A stretch of 64,000 nt of DNA from an uncultured Verrucomicrobiae bacterium (GTDB lineage Bacteria > Chlamydiota > Chlamydiia > Chlamydiales > Rhabdochlamydiaceae), in the NCBI GenBank assembly GCA_963806855.1, contig CAWDYW010000003.1:224001-288000 (forward strand), in the 5' to 3' direction. The position numbers and the translations under genes were made by a program. The notes beneath the pieces are model-generated. The model did not search any database and was not told the DNA's origin. It saw only the letters and a program-made list of their open reading frames with translations. This document shows, piece by piece, positions 45,859 through 56,012 of the stretch (its first letter is position 1; every line of letters begins with the position of its first letter).

Positions 45859-48474
45859 GTGAATATAATGATTTCTTTAAATCCTTTTAGTTCTTCCCAT
45901 AGAAGTTGGCTTAGGGATAACTATACCAGTACAATAGATGGAATTCGTCTAACTGTGAGTGAGAATGAAAAAGAAGCTTACGCTACTGCATGTGAACTTA
46001 TCCTTCAACGTGAAATTAAAAATGGCAAGTTCGGTTCTGGGTCTCTGAAGGATGTTAAAGATTTTAATATTCCATTGTCGCTCTGTGCAACGTACACTAA
46101 TCCTCAATCAGGCAATACAGAATATGTCGACTTAATAAGCATTGATGATGATGAAGATATCCAAAACGCTCTAAACAACTATTATGAAGTATCGGGAGCT
46201 AAAAAAGCCCTAACTGGTATCTCTATTGCACCCCACTCAAAAGGCAATCTAAGAGGCGCATCCCCATTGGATACAAAGGGTGATGCAGTTCTTATTAAGT
46301 TAATTCAATCCCATACTTTCGGCCATGTATATGACAAACTGTTGCCAGAGATTCTACTGAAATATCCAGATCCACAAAGTAGAGAGATAATAACTCGTCG
46401 TCTGCTCTTTGTAGAAGAGTATCACACAAAAAAGACAGCCTCTCTTGAGGCTGCCATTAAAGCTAAAACAGATGCTCTTGCCAATGCTGGAGGCAATCAA
46501 CAGATCATTCGTAGCTTGCAGAATGAAATCAACCGATTGCAGGGCTTGCTGAACCGGTTCAAGAATGTCGATCTCTACGCACTTTGTAAGGTTCTCCTAT
46601 TTTATCCTATTGAAACACCTTCAAATGAACAGATTAATCAGCTCACAAGCTTTTTAGAAAATAGTGTCAGCCAAGATATTTATGATCAAGGGGCTTCATG
46701 GGCAGATAAAATACCTTTCAGAAAACGACGAGAGCTTACAGCAGCGCAAAATGAATATGCTAAACGTGTGGCTGCAGTGGCCTGTAAAAGTCGAGAAGAG
46801 TACTTTAGGTATTGCGAGAAACATAATCTCCCAAAGGAAAATGAGGGAATCGAAGACTTATACCTGCGCGAAGCGCTCAAGTTTTCAACAAATTTCTCGG
46901 TTAAGCCTGATGGGACATACTCTTTTGCTAGAGAATACGAAGCCGAAGGGTTTCAAAAGAGTATCCTCCTCAACGGATTTCCTGAGCCTCTTAAAACTGA
47001 ACTTAAAGGAGAGTTTGCGAAATTTGGAGTCCTTGCAACTCATGCCATCGGCTTTCGCAACCCCGGTGAATATGAAGTCGCCCCTCCAGAAGCCTACCCA
47101 GACCCAGCCAATGTGACTGAAGCGGCGAAAAAAGCGGTCGATGCACGGAATGCTGCCAAAGCCAAAGCGGATGTAGCAACTTTAAAAGAACATATCGCAG
47201 CTCATCGGTCAAGAGTCAGAAGAGACATGACCGTCGATCAGCTGCCGCAGCCTGCAAATCCTGGACCCCTCGATGCTTCGGTGGTAGCGTCGGGACCTTT
47301 AGCGTCATTAGCGCCACGAGTTTTAACGGCTGCAACAGCAGCGGTAACTATAGGGACTCAGTTGGTTCCGGCAGCTATCGAAGCCGCGACCCCGTGGGTC
47401 CCAACGTTCGTAGAAGGTGGCAGCAGGGCAATCCAAGCAATCGGCTCATGGGTACCACAGAGCGTAGTAAATGGCGTCAGAGCTATCCAAGCACTCGCTC
47501 CCGAAGTACCAGAGATCGTAGTAAGCGGAGGCAGAGCTATCCAATCAGTCACGCCCTGGGTAACACAGACCGCAGTAAACGTCTTCAGCGCTATTCAGAA
47601 TCACCCTGGAACAACTATGGTTCTTGGGACACTTGCAAATAGGGCGCTTGCAAATACTTGGGCAAATGAGCGCGGGCCTGATGGAATTGTGCGTCGCAGA
47701 TTCAAGCCAAAACGGGTCCTCGCGATGATGGCAGTTGGGACGGCGGGAGCTTTAGCATACTATCATGCTCCACAAGCTGCCCAACAAATGATTCTCGCAA
47801 CGGCAGATCAATTTAAGAATTGGATTTTTCTCCCAGCGAATGTCGCTGCTAAGCTTTTCGCCGGGCTTTTCGTCGTTGAGAAAGTTGCAAAGACTGTAAA
47901 CTCCAACATCAAAGAGCGCAAGTGGGTCAGATTGGGCGGTCTCCTAGCAGTTGGAACTGCAGCAGTCCTCATGTATCGAGCGGTCAATGATGGCGTTGTC
48001 GACAATAAAGTCCTGGAGATAGCCGGAGACTGGGTCGGGTCACAGCTCACAACATTGACTGACATAGCATATAATGCCTATGACTACAGTAGCGCGACCA
48101 GAGTGGCTTCTATGATCGGGCTTTCGTGGCTACTCGCATGGAAAGAAGGAAAATCGTTATCCCCTCCTGAAGTGGTAGCTTCAGTTGCGATGGGAATGTC
48201 GGTTAAGAAATTCTTAGTCGCTGGTAAAGAGGTCGTAAATAGAGAATTACCTCAGCCAGTTGCCACGATCCTCAATGCTCCAGCTGATGGCATATTGGAA
48301 TCCGTTGAAACTGCCACCATGGTCCAAAATGGTACGAAGCTCGGCGAAGCCGCCGTCGGAATCTGGGGCTTTGCTGGGAAATTCTTTAGTAAAGCATCAG
48401 AAATGGCCGGCGGTCTCAGGGACGCCTATGAGCAAATGAGACTGGCAAAGACCCCTCCATCCTGCCTAATTTAA
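45859..48474 (+). CDS. Large hypothetical protein, putative effector with hydrophobic C-terminal half
   Basis: 871-aa ORF (start may be ATG 45868); 18-aa repeats at about 47392-47607; several hydrophobic helices. Confidence 0.65.
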   Translation: MNIMISLNPFSSSHRSWLRDNYTSTIDGIRLTVSENEKEAYATACELILQREIKNGKFGSGSLKDVKDFNIPLSLCATYTNPQSGNTEYVDLISIDDDEDIQNALNNYYEVSGAKKALTGISIAPHSKGNLRGASPLDTKGDAVLIKLIQSHTFGHVYDKLLPEILLKYPDPQSREIITRRLLFVEEYHTKKTASLEAAIKAKTDALANAGGNQQIIRSLQNEINRLQGLLNRFKNVDLYALCKVLLFYPIETPSNEQINQLTSFLENSVSQDIYDQGASWADKIPFRKRRELTAAQNEYAKRVAAVACKSREEYFRYCEKHNLPKENEGIEDLYLREALKFSTNFSVKPDGTYSFAREYEAEGFQKSILLNGFPEPLKTELKGEFAKFGVLATHAIGFRNPGEYEVAPPEAYPDPANVTEAAKKAVDARNAAKAKADVATLKEHIAAHRSRVRRDMTVDQLPQPANPGPLDASVVASGPLASLAPRVLTAATAAVTIGTQLVPAAIEAATPWVPTFVEGGSRAIQAIGSWVPQSVVNGVRAIQALAPEVPEIVVSGGRAIQSVTPWVTQTAVNVFSAIQNHPGTTMVLGTLANRALANTWANERGPDGIVRRRFKPKRVLAMMAVGTAGALAYYHAPQAAQQMILATADQFKNWIFLPANVAAKLFAGLFVVEKVAKTVNSNIKERKWVRLGGLLAVGTAAVLMYRAVNDGVVDNKVLEIAGDWVGSQLTTLTDIAYNAYDYSSATRVASMIGLSWLLAWKEGKSLSPPEVVASVAMGMSVKKFLVAGKEVVNRELPQPVATILNAPADGILESVETATMVQNGTKLGEAAVGIWGFAGKFFSKASEMAGGLRDAYEQMRLAKTPPSCLI

Positions 48475-48558
48475 ATAAGGCTCTAGTTTTTCTTCCTTGC
48501 AATTTGAACTCTGAAGGAGTATGAATACATACTTTCCAAACGCAAACAAGGAAAGAAT

Positions 48559-49623
48559 ATGTTATACCGAAACAACCTGAAGAATCGGGAATTCGACAAG
48601 GAGGCGGCGCAAATTTTGGAGTCTGGAGCGAGCGACATTGTTCTAAACTGCGGCGCGAGCGAAGACCCAAAATTTGTTGCCAAGCCGACGCCGTCGAAAA
48701 CAGATTCTTCAGGTTGTTTCGGTATATATAAACTCCTTCTCCTCGCTTTATTATTCTTAAGTCCATTATATCCTTCTGATGAGGTTTCCATGACGCTCAA
48801 TGAACTGCTCCCATCCAATCCTTTTGTCCTCTCCGCTGAGAAGGTGGAAGAGATCCTTGATTGCTGTGGAATTGAAGTGGAGGAGCTGCTGCAAAGGCTC
48901 ATCCCGGTTGCCAAAACATTCGCAAGGCCCCCTATTTCTGAGTACAAGGTGGGGATTGCGGCTCTTGGGAAAAGTGGCACCATCTATTTGGGGGTCAACC
49001 TCGAATTTCCGGGGTGCCCGTTGAATTCCTGCATCCACGGGGAGCAATTTCTAGTCGCCAATGCCCGTAACTATGGGGAAACGGAGCTCGTCGCCATTGC
49101 CCTATCAGCTGCTCCCTGCGGCCATTGCAGGCAATTTCTAAATGAGATAGGTGGAGATGGGGGTTTGAGGATTTTGACCCCAAATAAGGCCCCTACAACG
49201 CTAGCAGCCCTCCTCCCCGAGCCATTTGGTCCCCAGGATCTCGGCCTGTCGGGGAATCTGCTGACCATGCCCGATCAATGCAGGCTCATTGTCCATGGAT
49301 CGAAGCTGATTGCCCGCGCGATCGAGGCAGCCGAAGCCTCCTACGCCCCCTATAGCCTGTCGAAATCAGGGGTGGCGATCGAGACATTCGATGGAAAAAT
49401 CTACTTGGGATCACATCTGGAGAATGCTGCCTTCAATCCGAGCATTTCTCCCTTGCAGGCTGCCCTCGTCGTCCTGGTGGCCGATTTGAAGGACTACAGC
49501 GAAATTCGGGTCGTGGCTTTCTATGAGCATCCGAATGCCAAAATCAGCCAAGAAAATGCTTCTAGGGTGCTGCTGAAGCAGATTGCTCCTGAAGCTCGAT
49601 TCATTGTAGGCAATCCCACTTGA
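48559..49623 (+). CDS. cdd: Cytidine deaminase (two-domain type) with a palindromic-element-derived N-terminal insert
   Basis: YLGVNLEF, IHGEQ, PCGHCRQFLNE (Zn motif); second domain SYAPYS...ENAAFNPSISPLQAAL. Confidence 0.9.
   Translation: MLYRNNLKNREFDKEAAQILESGASDIVLNCGASEDPKFVAKPTPSKTDSSGCFGIYKLLLLALLFLSPLYPSDEVSMTLNELLPSNPFVLSAEKVEEILDCCGIEVEELLQRLIPVAKTFARPPISEYKVGIAALGKSGTIYLGVNLEFPGCPLNSCIHGEQFLVANARNYGETELVAIALSAAPCGHCRQFLNEIGGDGGLRILTPNKAPTTLAALLPEPFGPQDLGLSGNLLTMPDQCRLIVHGSKLIARAIEAAEASYAPYSLSKSGVAIETFDGKIYLGSHLENAAFNPSISPLQAALVVLVADLKDYSEIRVVAFYEHPNAKISQENASRVLLKQIAPEARFIVGNPT
48563..48726. mobile_element. 164-bp palindromic element (RPE/MITE-like) with 24-bp perfect terminal inverted repeats
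   Basis: tataccgaaacaacctgaagaatc ... gattcttcaggttgtttcggtata; open reading frames on both strands; partial second copy at 41530-41587. Confidence 0.8.
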
Positions 49624-49647
49624 CGCGCCCATTTTTTTTAAATTCAA

Positions 49648-49705
49648 TAAAACACCCCCCTGTTTTGATGAGCAGCCCATTAAAACACCCCCCTGTTTCG
49701 ATGAG
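49648..49705. repeat. 25-bp direct repeat, two copies with 33-bp period
   Basis: taaaacacccccctgttt[t/c]gatgag at 49648 and 49681. Confidence 0.8.
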
Positions 49706-49868
49706 ATCTTTATGCAACACGCTCTTTACCAATTGGTTATATCAAACTCGACAAATGCCTAATGCATAGTATGAGAGGGCTCTGCAACGCATTGAAAAAT
49801 ATGCCGAATTATTGCACGCAGCAAATCCTAGCAGAAGACCAATGCTGGTGAGTTAATTGTACCCTCTT

Positions 49869-51101
49869 TCAATAAAGTAAGCCAAAAACCCACAGGGGGA
49901 TTTTTTTTCCTACTCCAATTTCAATATCATCTACGGCCAAATAGGCATTTGGATGATCTTTGACCTGTAGGAAGCTTTTGTTCTTCCCACCAACCTCAAA
50001 CAGGAATTCGCCATCTATTAAGAAATCGCCGTTCATTGGTAATTCAAGGTCATGGTTTTGAGATAGCATACAAAGGAAAAAAGTCTCTCTTACAGTTCCA
50101 ATTTCAGGTGTTTTCGAAGTGATCGCGTAGAGCTGGTTCGTGTTGTCGAGATAGACTTTACTAGAGGATTCAATTTTACTTAACTTATCGGAAGCTTTCG
50201 CTATGGAATTGATGAGAGAAGCATCTTGCAAATGTGAAAAATAGGACTTGAGTGTTCTCATATCTCCTATGTCGAGGATGTTCATGATTTTAGTCCAATT
50301 GGGAATGAAGGGGACTGCGTTGGCGATAAAAATTAGAAGTTCTTTTATCTTTTTTTCACTGCTTCCAGCTAGGTGAGGATAGATTGCCGCTAAATCTGAC
50401 TCGATCGTCATATGAAAATTTTGTTCTAATACGATCTTGTAAGCATCTATATCTTGGATTTCGAACAGATAGGGATAATATCCAACCTTTATGTAACGAT
50501 GAAATTCTGGAATAACTTTAAGATTTTTTTCCTCAAGTGTTTTTAAAATCAAATCGCAGATTCTTTGATGATCCTTGCAAATCTCGCTTAAAGAGAAATA
50601 GGGGAGATCAATACCGTGCGATAGTTCTAAGAATTCTCGGAAGGAAAGCCCTTGCATCGAATAGGAAATCGAACGACGGCTAAGATCGTGAGTCCCTTTG
50701 TAGATTTCTAATGCAGAACTGCCCGAGATATAGAGCTCTAAATCAGCAAATGAGTCATAAATGCTCTTCAATTCTTTCGACCAGTTGGGGTATTTATGGA
50801 TTTCATCAATTGCAAGCCATTTTCCTCCCATCATGTGAAACTGCTCTGCGATTTCATAAAGGGAAGAGGTCCCCAAAATGAAATGATCTGCTTGTACATA
50901 CAAGATCCTGGGATCAAATCGGTTGCCCCCTACTTTTTTTAGAAGAAGTTGAACTAAGGTCGTAGTCTTTCCTACCCCTCGCTGCCCTACGATAATCGAC
51001 ATCCTATGGGTAAATTTTTTAGTGCGAATAAAGTAGCGTTCATAGGGGGAGTTTTTGATTTTAAGGAACTTTTGGCTTAGCTCTACAATCTTTTCATGCA
51101 T
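49869..51101 (-). CDS. AAA+ ATPase (AAA_14/DUF4143 type)
   Basis: GQRGVGKTT (Walker A), IDEIHKYPNW (Walker B), ISGSS, KVYLDNTN, RETFF, FEVGGK, IPLWVFG. Confidence 0.88.
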   Translation of the reverse strand: MHEKIVELSQKFLKIKNSPYERYFIRTKKFTHRMSIIVGQRGVGKTTTLVQLLLKKVGGNRFDPRILYVQADHFILGTSSLYEIAEQFHMMGGKWLAIDEIHKYPNWSKELKSIYDSFADLELYISGSSALEIYKGTHDLSRRSISYSMQGLSFREFLELSHGIDLPYFSLSEICKDHQRICDLILKTLEEKNLKVIPEFHRYIKVGYYPYLFEIQDIDAYKIVLEQNFHMTIESDLAAIYPHLAGSSEKKIKELLIFIANAVPFIPNWTKIMNILDIGDMRTLKSYFSHLQDASLINSIAKASDKLSKIESSSKVYLDNTNQLYAITSKTPEIGTVRETFFLCMLSQNHDLELPMNGDFLIDGEFLFEVGGKNKSFLQVKDHPNAYLAVDDIEIGVGKKIPLWVFGLLY

Positions 51102-51150
51102 AGAGTGATCTCATGGGGTTCTGTGTTATATTCCATATATATCAGATAAA

Positions 51151-51364
51151 ACTAAGGAATGCAATCCATAACTTTTTAAAGAAAACATGGAATGAATTAC
51201 ATAGTTAATGCAAAGGACTGAAAATCAATGAGTTATTGGCGATTTGTTGGGGGCCTGCTTCTTGATGCAGTCCCTCTCGATGATCACTTCTTTGATGGAG
51301 GGACCAAGGGGATGTCGTACATCGTTTTGAGTAGGAGGCTTTCGGCGATCATCTGCAGGGCGCG
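51151..51364 (-). pseudogene. Degenerate duplicate of the clpX 3' end plus its downstream region
   Basis: Aligns with 51521-51740 (offset about 370 bp), with substitutions and small deletions. Confidence 0.8.
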
Positions 51365-51602
51365 AGCATCGCTAGTCCTGAAAATAGGCTTTTTTAAAAG
51401 TTCGGCTATCAAGGCCTGATATTAGGAAGTTCTTATAGTAGAATATGTAATACATGCACTCAATGAAAGTCAATGAGTGCATCCGTTACATAATCCATTT
51501 TGGTAAGCTCTTGAAAAAAAACTATGGAATGCAATCCATAACTTTTCGTAAAAAGCATGGAATGCATTCCATGGTTATTGCAATGGACTGAAAATCAATG
51601 AG

Positions 51603-52811
51603 TTATTCTCTGACGATTGTTGGCGGGACCCGCTTCTTGATGCAGTCGCTCTCGATGATCACCTCTTTGATGGAGGGATCAGAGGGGATGTCGTACATCG
51701 TTTCGAGCAGGAGGCTTTCGGCGATCATCCGCAGGGCGCGGGCGCCGGTGCCGGTCTCCTTGGCCTTTTCCGCCATCGCGCGCAGGGCATCTTCTGTCAC
51801 ATGGAGCTTGACGTTCTCTTCTTGGAAAAGCTGTTCGTATTGCTTGATAGTCGCGTTTTTGGGCTTGGTCAGGATCTCGACTAGGTCTTCGATGGAGAGC
51901 TCGTTACAATTGGCGATGCTGTTAAAACGGCCGACAAATTCGGGGATCATCCCAAAGGCGACCAGATCTTCCATCTCCACCTTGGAGAGGAGGTAATTGG
52001 TCTCCTGGGAATCGAAGGCGGCAGATTCTGTCGTGTCGAAGCCAATGGTGCTCTTGCCGAGTCGCTTGGCGATGATTTTCTCGAGATTGACGAAGGCGCC
52101 CCCGACAATAAAGAGGATATTCTCGGTGTTGACTTTGATGTACTCTTGGTTCGGGTGCTTGCGCCCTCCCTTGGGCGGTACGTTGGCAACGGTCCCTTCG
52201 ACGATTTTTAGAAGGGCTTGTTGCACCCCTTCGCCAGAGACGTCTCGGGTGATGGAGACGTTGCCGGTTGTCTTGCGCAATTTATCGATTTCGTCGACGT
52301 AGATGATGCCAAGTTCAGCTCGGCCGATGTCGTAGTCGGCAGCTTGGACCAGGCGGAGGATGATGTTTTCGACGTCTTCGCCGACATAACCTGCTTCGGT
52401 GAGGGTGGTAGCATCGGCGATCGCAAAGGGGACGTCGATCGTTTGGGCCAGAGTGCGGGCAAGGAGCGTCTTACCGCTACCGGTGGGGCCGAGCAGCAGC
52501 ACGTTCGATTTGCTGTATTCGACTTCCCCTTTTTTGCCGAGTGTGCGGACCCGCTTATAATGATTATAGACGGCGACTGAAATAGTCTTTTTGGCTTTCT
52601 CTTGGCCGATCACATAGGCGTCGAGGGCCTCTTTGATCTCTTTAGGCTTGAGGACCTTCAGCTCATGGTGAACTGGCTTTTTCTCGATGATGTCGACGCA
52701 AAGGTGGACGCATTTATCGCAAATATAGCTGTTTGGGCCGGAGATCAATTTTTCTACGGCTTCTTCTGTGCGCCCACAGAATGAACAGGCGGGTGTCTCT
52801 TTCTTTGTCAT
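51603..52811 (-). CDS. clpX: ATP-dependent Clp protease ATP-binding subunit ClpX
   Basis: CSFCG zinc finger, [38 protein letters not shown]. Confidence 0.97.
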   Translation of the reverse strand: MTKKETPACSFCGRTEEAVEKLISGPNSYICDKCVHLCVDIIEKKPVHHELKVLKPKEIKEALDAYVIGQEKAKKTISVAVYNHYKRVRTLGKKGEVEYSKSNVLLLGPTGSGKTLLARTLAQTIDVPFAIADATTLTEAGYVGEDVENIILRLVQAADYDIGRAELGIIYVDEIDKLRKTTGNVSITRDVSGEGVQQALLKIVEGTVANVPPKGGRKHPNQEYIKVNTENILFIVGGAFVNLEKIIAKRLGKSTIGFDTTESAAFDSQETNYLLSKVEMEDLVAFGMIPEFVGRFNSIANCNELSIEDLVEILTKPKNATIKQYEQLFQEENVKLHVTEDALRAMAEKAKETGTGARALRMIAESLLLETMYDIPSDPSIKEVIIESDCIKKRVPPTIVRE

Positions 52812-52814
52812 GGA

Positions 52815-53414
52815 TTATGCTGTTGCTTCTGGGGTCCGTGATGCAATTTTATCAATGATGCCATACTTAATGGCCTCTGACGGATTCATATAGTAATCCC
52901 GTTCAGTTTCTTCGATGATTTTATCAAAAGGTTGGCCCGTTTTATCGGAGATGATCGTGGAGGTGATTTTTTTCAGCTCGAGAATCTCTTTGGCTTGTAA
53001 TTCAAAATCGGAAGCGGTGCCTGTTAAGCCACCATGAGGTTGGTGGATCATGATCCGGCTGTGGGGCAGGGCATAACGCTTGCCTTTGGTCCCAGCCATG
53101 AGCAGGAGGGAAGCCATCGAAGCTGCCATGCCGAGGCAATAGGTGTTGATGTCGTAGGTCATGAACTGCATCGTGTCATAGACGGCAAGTCCTGCAGTGA
53201 TGTAGCCGCCGGGGGAGTTGATGTAGACGTTGATATCCTTCTTAGGGTCTTCGGCTCTAAGGAAGAGCAGCTGGGCGATGACCGTATTGGCGACCTGGTC
53301 GTTGATTTCTGTTCCTATGAAAATGATCCGGTCTTTCAGCAGGCGCGAGAAGATGTCCATTGCCCGCTCGCCACGGCCTGTGTCTTCAATGATATATGGA
53401 ATCGTATATGACAT
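52815..53414 (-). CDS. clpP: ATP-dependent Clp protease proteolytic subunit ClpP
   Basis: [32 protein letters not shown]. Confidence 0.97.
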   Translation of the reverse strand: MSYTIPYIIEDTGRGERAMDIFSRLLKDRIIFIGTEINDQVANTVIAQLLFLRAEDPKKDINVYINSPGGYITAGLAVYDTMQFMTYDINTYCLGMAASMASLLLMAGTKGKRYALPHSRIMIHQPHGGLTGTASDFELQAKEILELKKITSTIISDKTGQPFDKIIEETERDYYMNPSEAIKYGIIDKIASRTPEATA

Positions 53415-53744
53415 ATCAAACCCTATGATGTTGTGATAGTTAGGCTAAGGAGAATCTTCCTTCACCTCATTTGCGCCTATCATTGCAGAGTGGAAGTTAT
53501 TGCGCAAGTCTAGAAAAAGTTGGGGATTGGCTGCTCAAATTGAAGGAGCAGTAATGACTGATATTTAAAATGAAAATTCAATAAATATTATTAATTTATT
53601 TAATCGTTTGGAGTCAGTTGGTTGTAATAAAAAACGCTTTCTAAAAGCATGCGTATCAATCATTATTACCATTCGGTTCGCGTGCTTATAGTGGACGATA
53701 TTTCATTGTTCTGCTAGGATGAAAACAAATAATGGAGGTTATAG

Positions 53745-54324
53745 ATGGATCTAGATTTTGTGACGCTGGAAAATGCTCTTGAGATGCTCGGGGCAACGTC
53801 TCGAGAAATCGAAACAACATTATGAAGTTGTCGCAATAGGCGGGGGAAGTTTGGTTCTTTTAGGCTTTATTGATCGATCCACTAAAGATCTGGATCTTGT
53901 GGCGATTCTCGAATCTGGACGTCTTTTATCTGCAAATCCATTGCCGCAGGGCTTGATCAATGAGATCACTGCGATTGGGAAGGCTCTTGAGCTTGGAGAA
54001 AATTGGATCAATGGAGGGCCTACTGCATTATTGGATGCTGGGCTCCCCGAAGGTTTCGAGCAGCGTCTTGTGGTTTGTAACTATGGCGGCCTCACAGTCC
54101 ATTTTGCAGGTCGATTGGATCAAATTTGTTTTAAGCTCTATGCGACTGTCGATCAAGGGCCCAAAAGTAAGCATTTTGCTGACCTAAAAATGCTCAGACC
54201 TTCTGATGAAGATCTTTTGATCGCACGAAACTGGTGCCTTACGCAAGATGCTTCTCATGAATTTTCAGAAATGCTTGATCAAGCATTAAGCGCTTTGGGG
54301 GGCGATCTTGCAAACAGTAGTTAA
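53745..54324 (+). CDS. Nucleotidyltransferase-fold protein (DUF6036-like); likely homopolymer frameshift near 53790
   Basis: IGGGSL...RSTKDLD, NWINGG, KLYA...KHFADL; GGAGG ribosome-binding site before ATG 53745, whose frame joins ORF 53773-54324 across a GGGG run. Confidence 0.7.
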
Positions 54325-55213
54325 GCAATTAGATCAAACCCTTACCTCTCTTGCCTGGAGCCTGTGGACAGAATTGGGTGTTGCCGGTCTAGAAAGAAAG
54401 CATCCCGATTTTGGGATCGCGCCAGAAGAGATCATCATTTTAACTTCAGTTTTGTCTGATTTTGATCCCCGTTTGCGCGATGAAGCTCTTGATTGGTGTA
54501 TTCAATATCACCATTTTATTTCACCTGTCCGTCTTCAAATTCTCGCAAAAAAATATGAAGAATATATAACGGTTCCATTTTCAACTTTTGCTGCGACAGT
54601 TAATTCCCTTGCATCAACCAAATGGAATCTGTTAACAGATGCAGCCCCTCTCAAAATCCGCCCCAGCGGTAAATCTCATCTTAGGAACTTCGATAATGCT
54701 TCGATGATCTATTTTAGATTAAGAGCTCTCTTTGGTGTAAGTGTTAAAGCTGATGTTTTGGCTTTTTTACTTGGCGAAAAACGGGATCATTTTATTGCCT
54801 CAGATTTATTAGAATTGGGGTATTCAAAAAGTCGTTTGGCCGAAATCCTCTCCGATTTAGCCTTAGCAGGGTTGCTAACTGAATCGCAAGTGCGCAACCA
54901 GTTGCAATACTCTTTTAAGAAACTTAATCCCTTTATCAAATTGCTAGGAGCTATGCCCAAAAAATTAGTTCATTGGGATCGGATTCTCTCAGTCCTTATT
55001 CCAATTCGTTCTTGTCTTCATGCTACAGAAAATAGCCCTATTGGCGTGCAGATGATTGATCTTCGGAACCTGTTGAGTGATCTTTCCTCAGAATTAGCAC
55101 AGCTCAAATTAACCCCGCCGCCCCTCCAAAAGGATTTAGAAGTCTATTGGAGCTCTGTTACTGATTGGATTCTTGAATTCACCCAATCTCTTGCGCAAGA
55201 AACTAAGAGTTAA
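54308..55213 (+). CDS. Hypothetical protein with wHTH region, possible partner (antitoxin) of the upstream nucleotidyltransferase
   Basis: AWSLWTELGV, DPRLRDEALDW, RLRALFGVSVKADVL followed by an HTH-like segment; overlaps the upstream gene. Confidence 0.55.
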   Translation: MQTVVKQLDQTLTSLAWSLWTELGVAGLERKHPDFGIAPEEIIILTSVLSDFDPRLRDEALDWCIQYHHFISPVRLQILAKKYEEYITVPFSTFAATVNSLASTKWNLLTDAAPLKIRPSGKSHLRNFDNASMIYFRLRALFGVSVKADVLAFLLGEKRDHFIASDLLELGYSKSRLAEILSDLALAGLLTESQVRNQLQYSFKKLNPFIKLLGAMPKKLVHWDRILSVLIPIRSCLHATENSPIGVQMIDLRNLLSDLSSELAQLKLTPPPLQKDLEVYWSSVTDWILEFTQSLAQETKS

Positions 55214-55328
55214 TCATTTGCCTTCTCCAATCCAAGTTTGCTGCATGGATGTTAAAAAAAATTGGGGATTGAAAAAACGGCGAATTTTTTGTATTCTATT
55301 TTTCAGAAATATTAATCACTATTAATTA

Positions 55329-56012
55329 ATGGAGAAAAAAATGACTATGAGTGCCATGTTAGTTAGCGCAGCAAAACCGCATTATCATCATATGGCTGAT
55401 TTAATGAGTGGTGCAGCCCATCATGTGTATAATACCACATCTTATGCAGCGCAGGATGGTGTTGAGAAAGTATCAACTCTATTATACGGGGCTTATTTAG
55501 AGCCGTTCAAAATTAATTTTATCGTTATTGCAGGCTTATGTGTAACAGGTAAGGCTTTAGCAACAAGGGCCTTCCATCTTAAGAAAAATGAAAAGTCATT
55601 ACCTCTTACAATTAATGGGGCAAATGAGTCCTTGAGTGAGAGAGGATGTTTTTTAGCAAAAAAAATCGCTCTTTATTCAGGCGCTGCTATTTGCTTTGGT
55701 CTTGCAGCTTACGAGATGTATGCAACAATGTCTGAGTATCATTCCGGCGGTATGGCAGGCAATTGTAAATCAATAGAAAATCATATTTGCGCCGCTTCCC
55801 GAGTGATAAAAGAATGCGAGGAATTCAATGCAGAAAGCGAGTTGAGGCATCAAGCGAGTTTATCATGGCTATCTCCGAAGTCTATTGAACCAGCTCGTAT
55901 AGTCATGGACTGCGAAAGAGCAGAAAATTTGAAGAAGATGCGTGAACTATCCTATACAGAAACTAATTGTCCTTCTATTCTCGGAAGAAATGCATCTTGT
56001 GAAATCAGTTAG
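55329..56012 (+). CDS. Hypothetical membrane protein with Cys-rich C-terminus
   Basis: 227-aa ORF with two hydrophobic segments and multiple Cys. Confidence 0.55.
   Translation: MEKKMTMSAMLVSAAKPHYHHMADLMSGAAHHVYNTTSYAAQDGVEKVSTLLYGAYLEPFKINFIVIAGLCVTGKALATRAFHLKKNEKSLPLTINGANESLSERGCFLAKKIALYSGAAICFGLAAYEMYATMSEYHSGGMAGNCKSIENHICAASRVIKECEEFNAESELRHQASLSWLSPKSIEPARIVMDCERAENLKKMRELSYTETNCPSILGRNASCEIS

Noticed and set aside
48416..48983. Minus-strand ORFs overlapping the start of cdd
   Set aside because: They are explained by the stop-free palindromic element and antisense overlap, with no independent support as genes.
49648..51573. Short repeats as a CRISPR array
   Set aside because: There are only two copies each, the spacing is too short for repeat plus spacer, and no cas genes are present.
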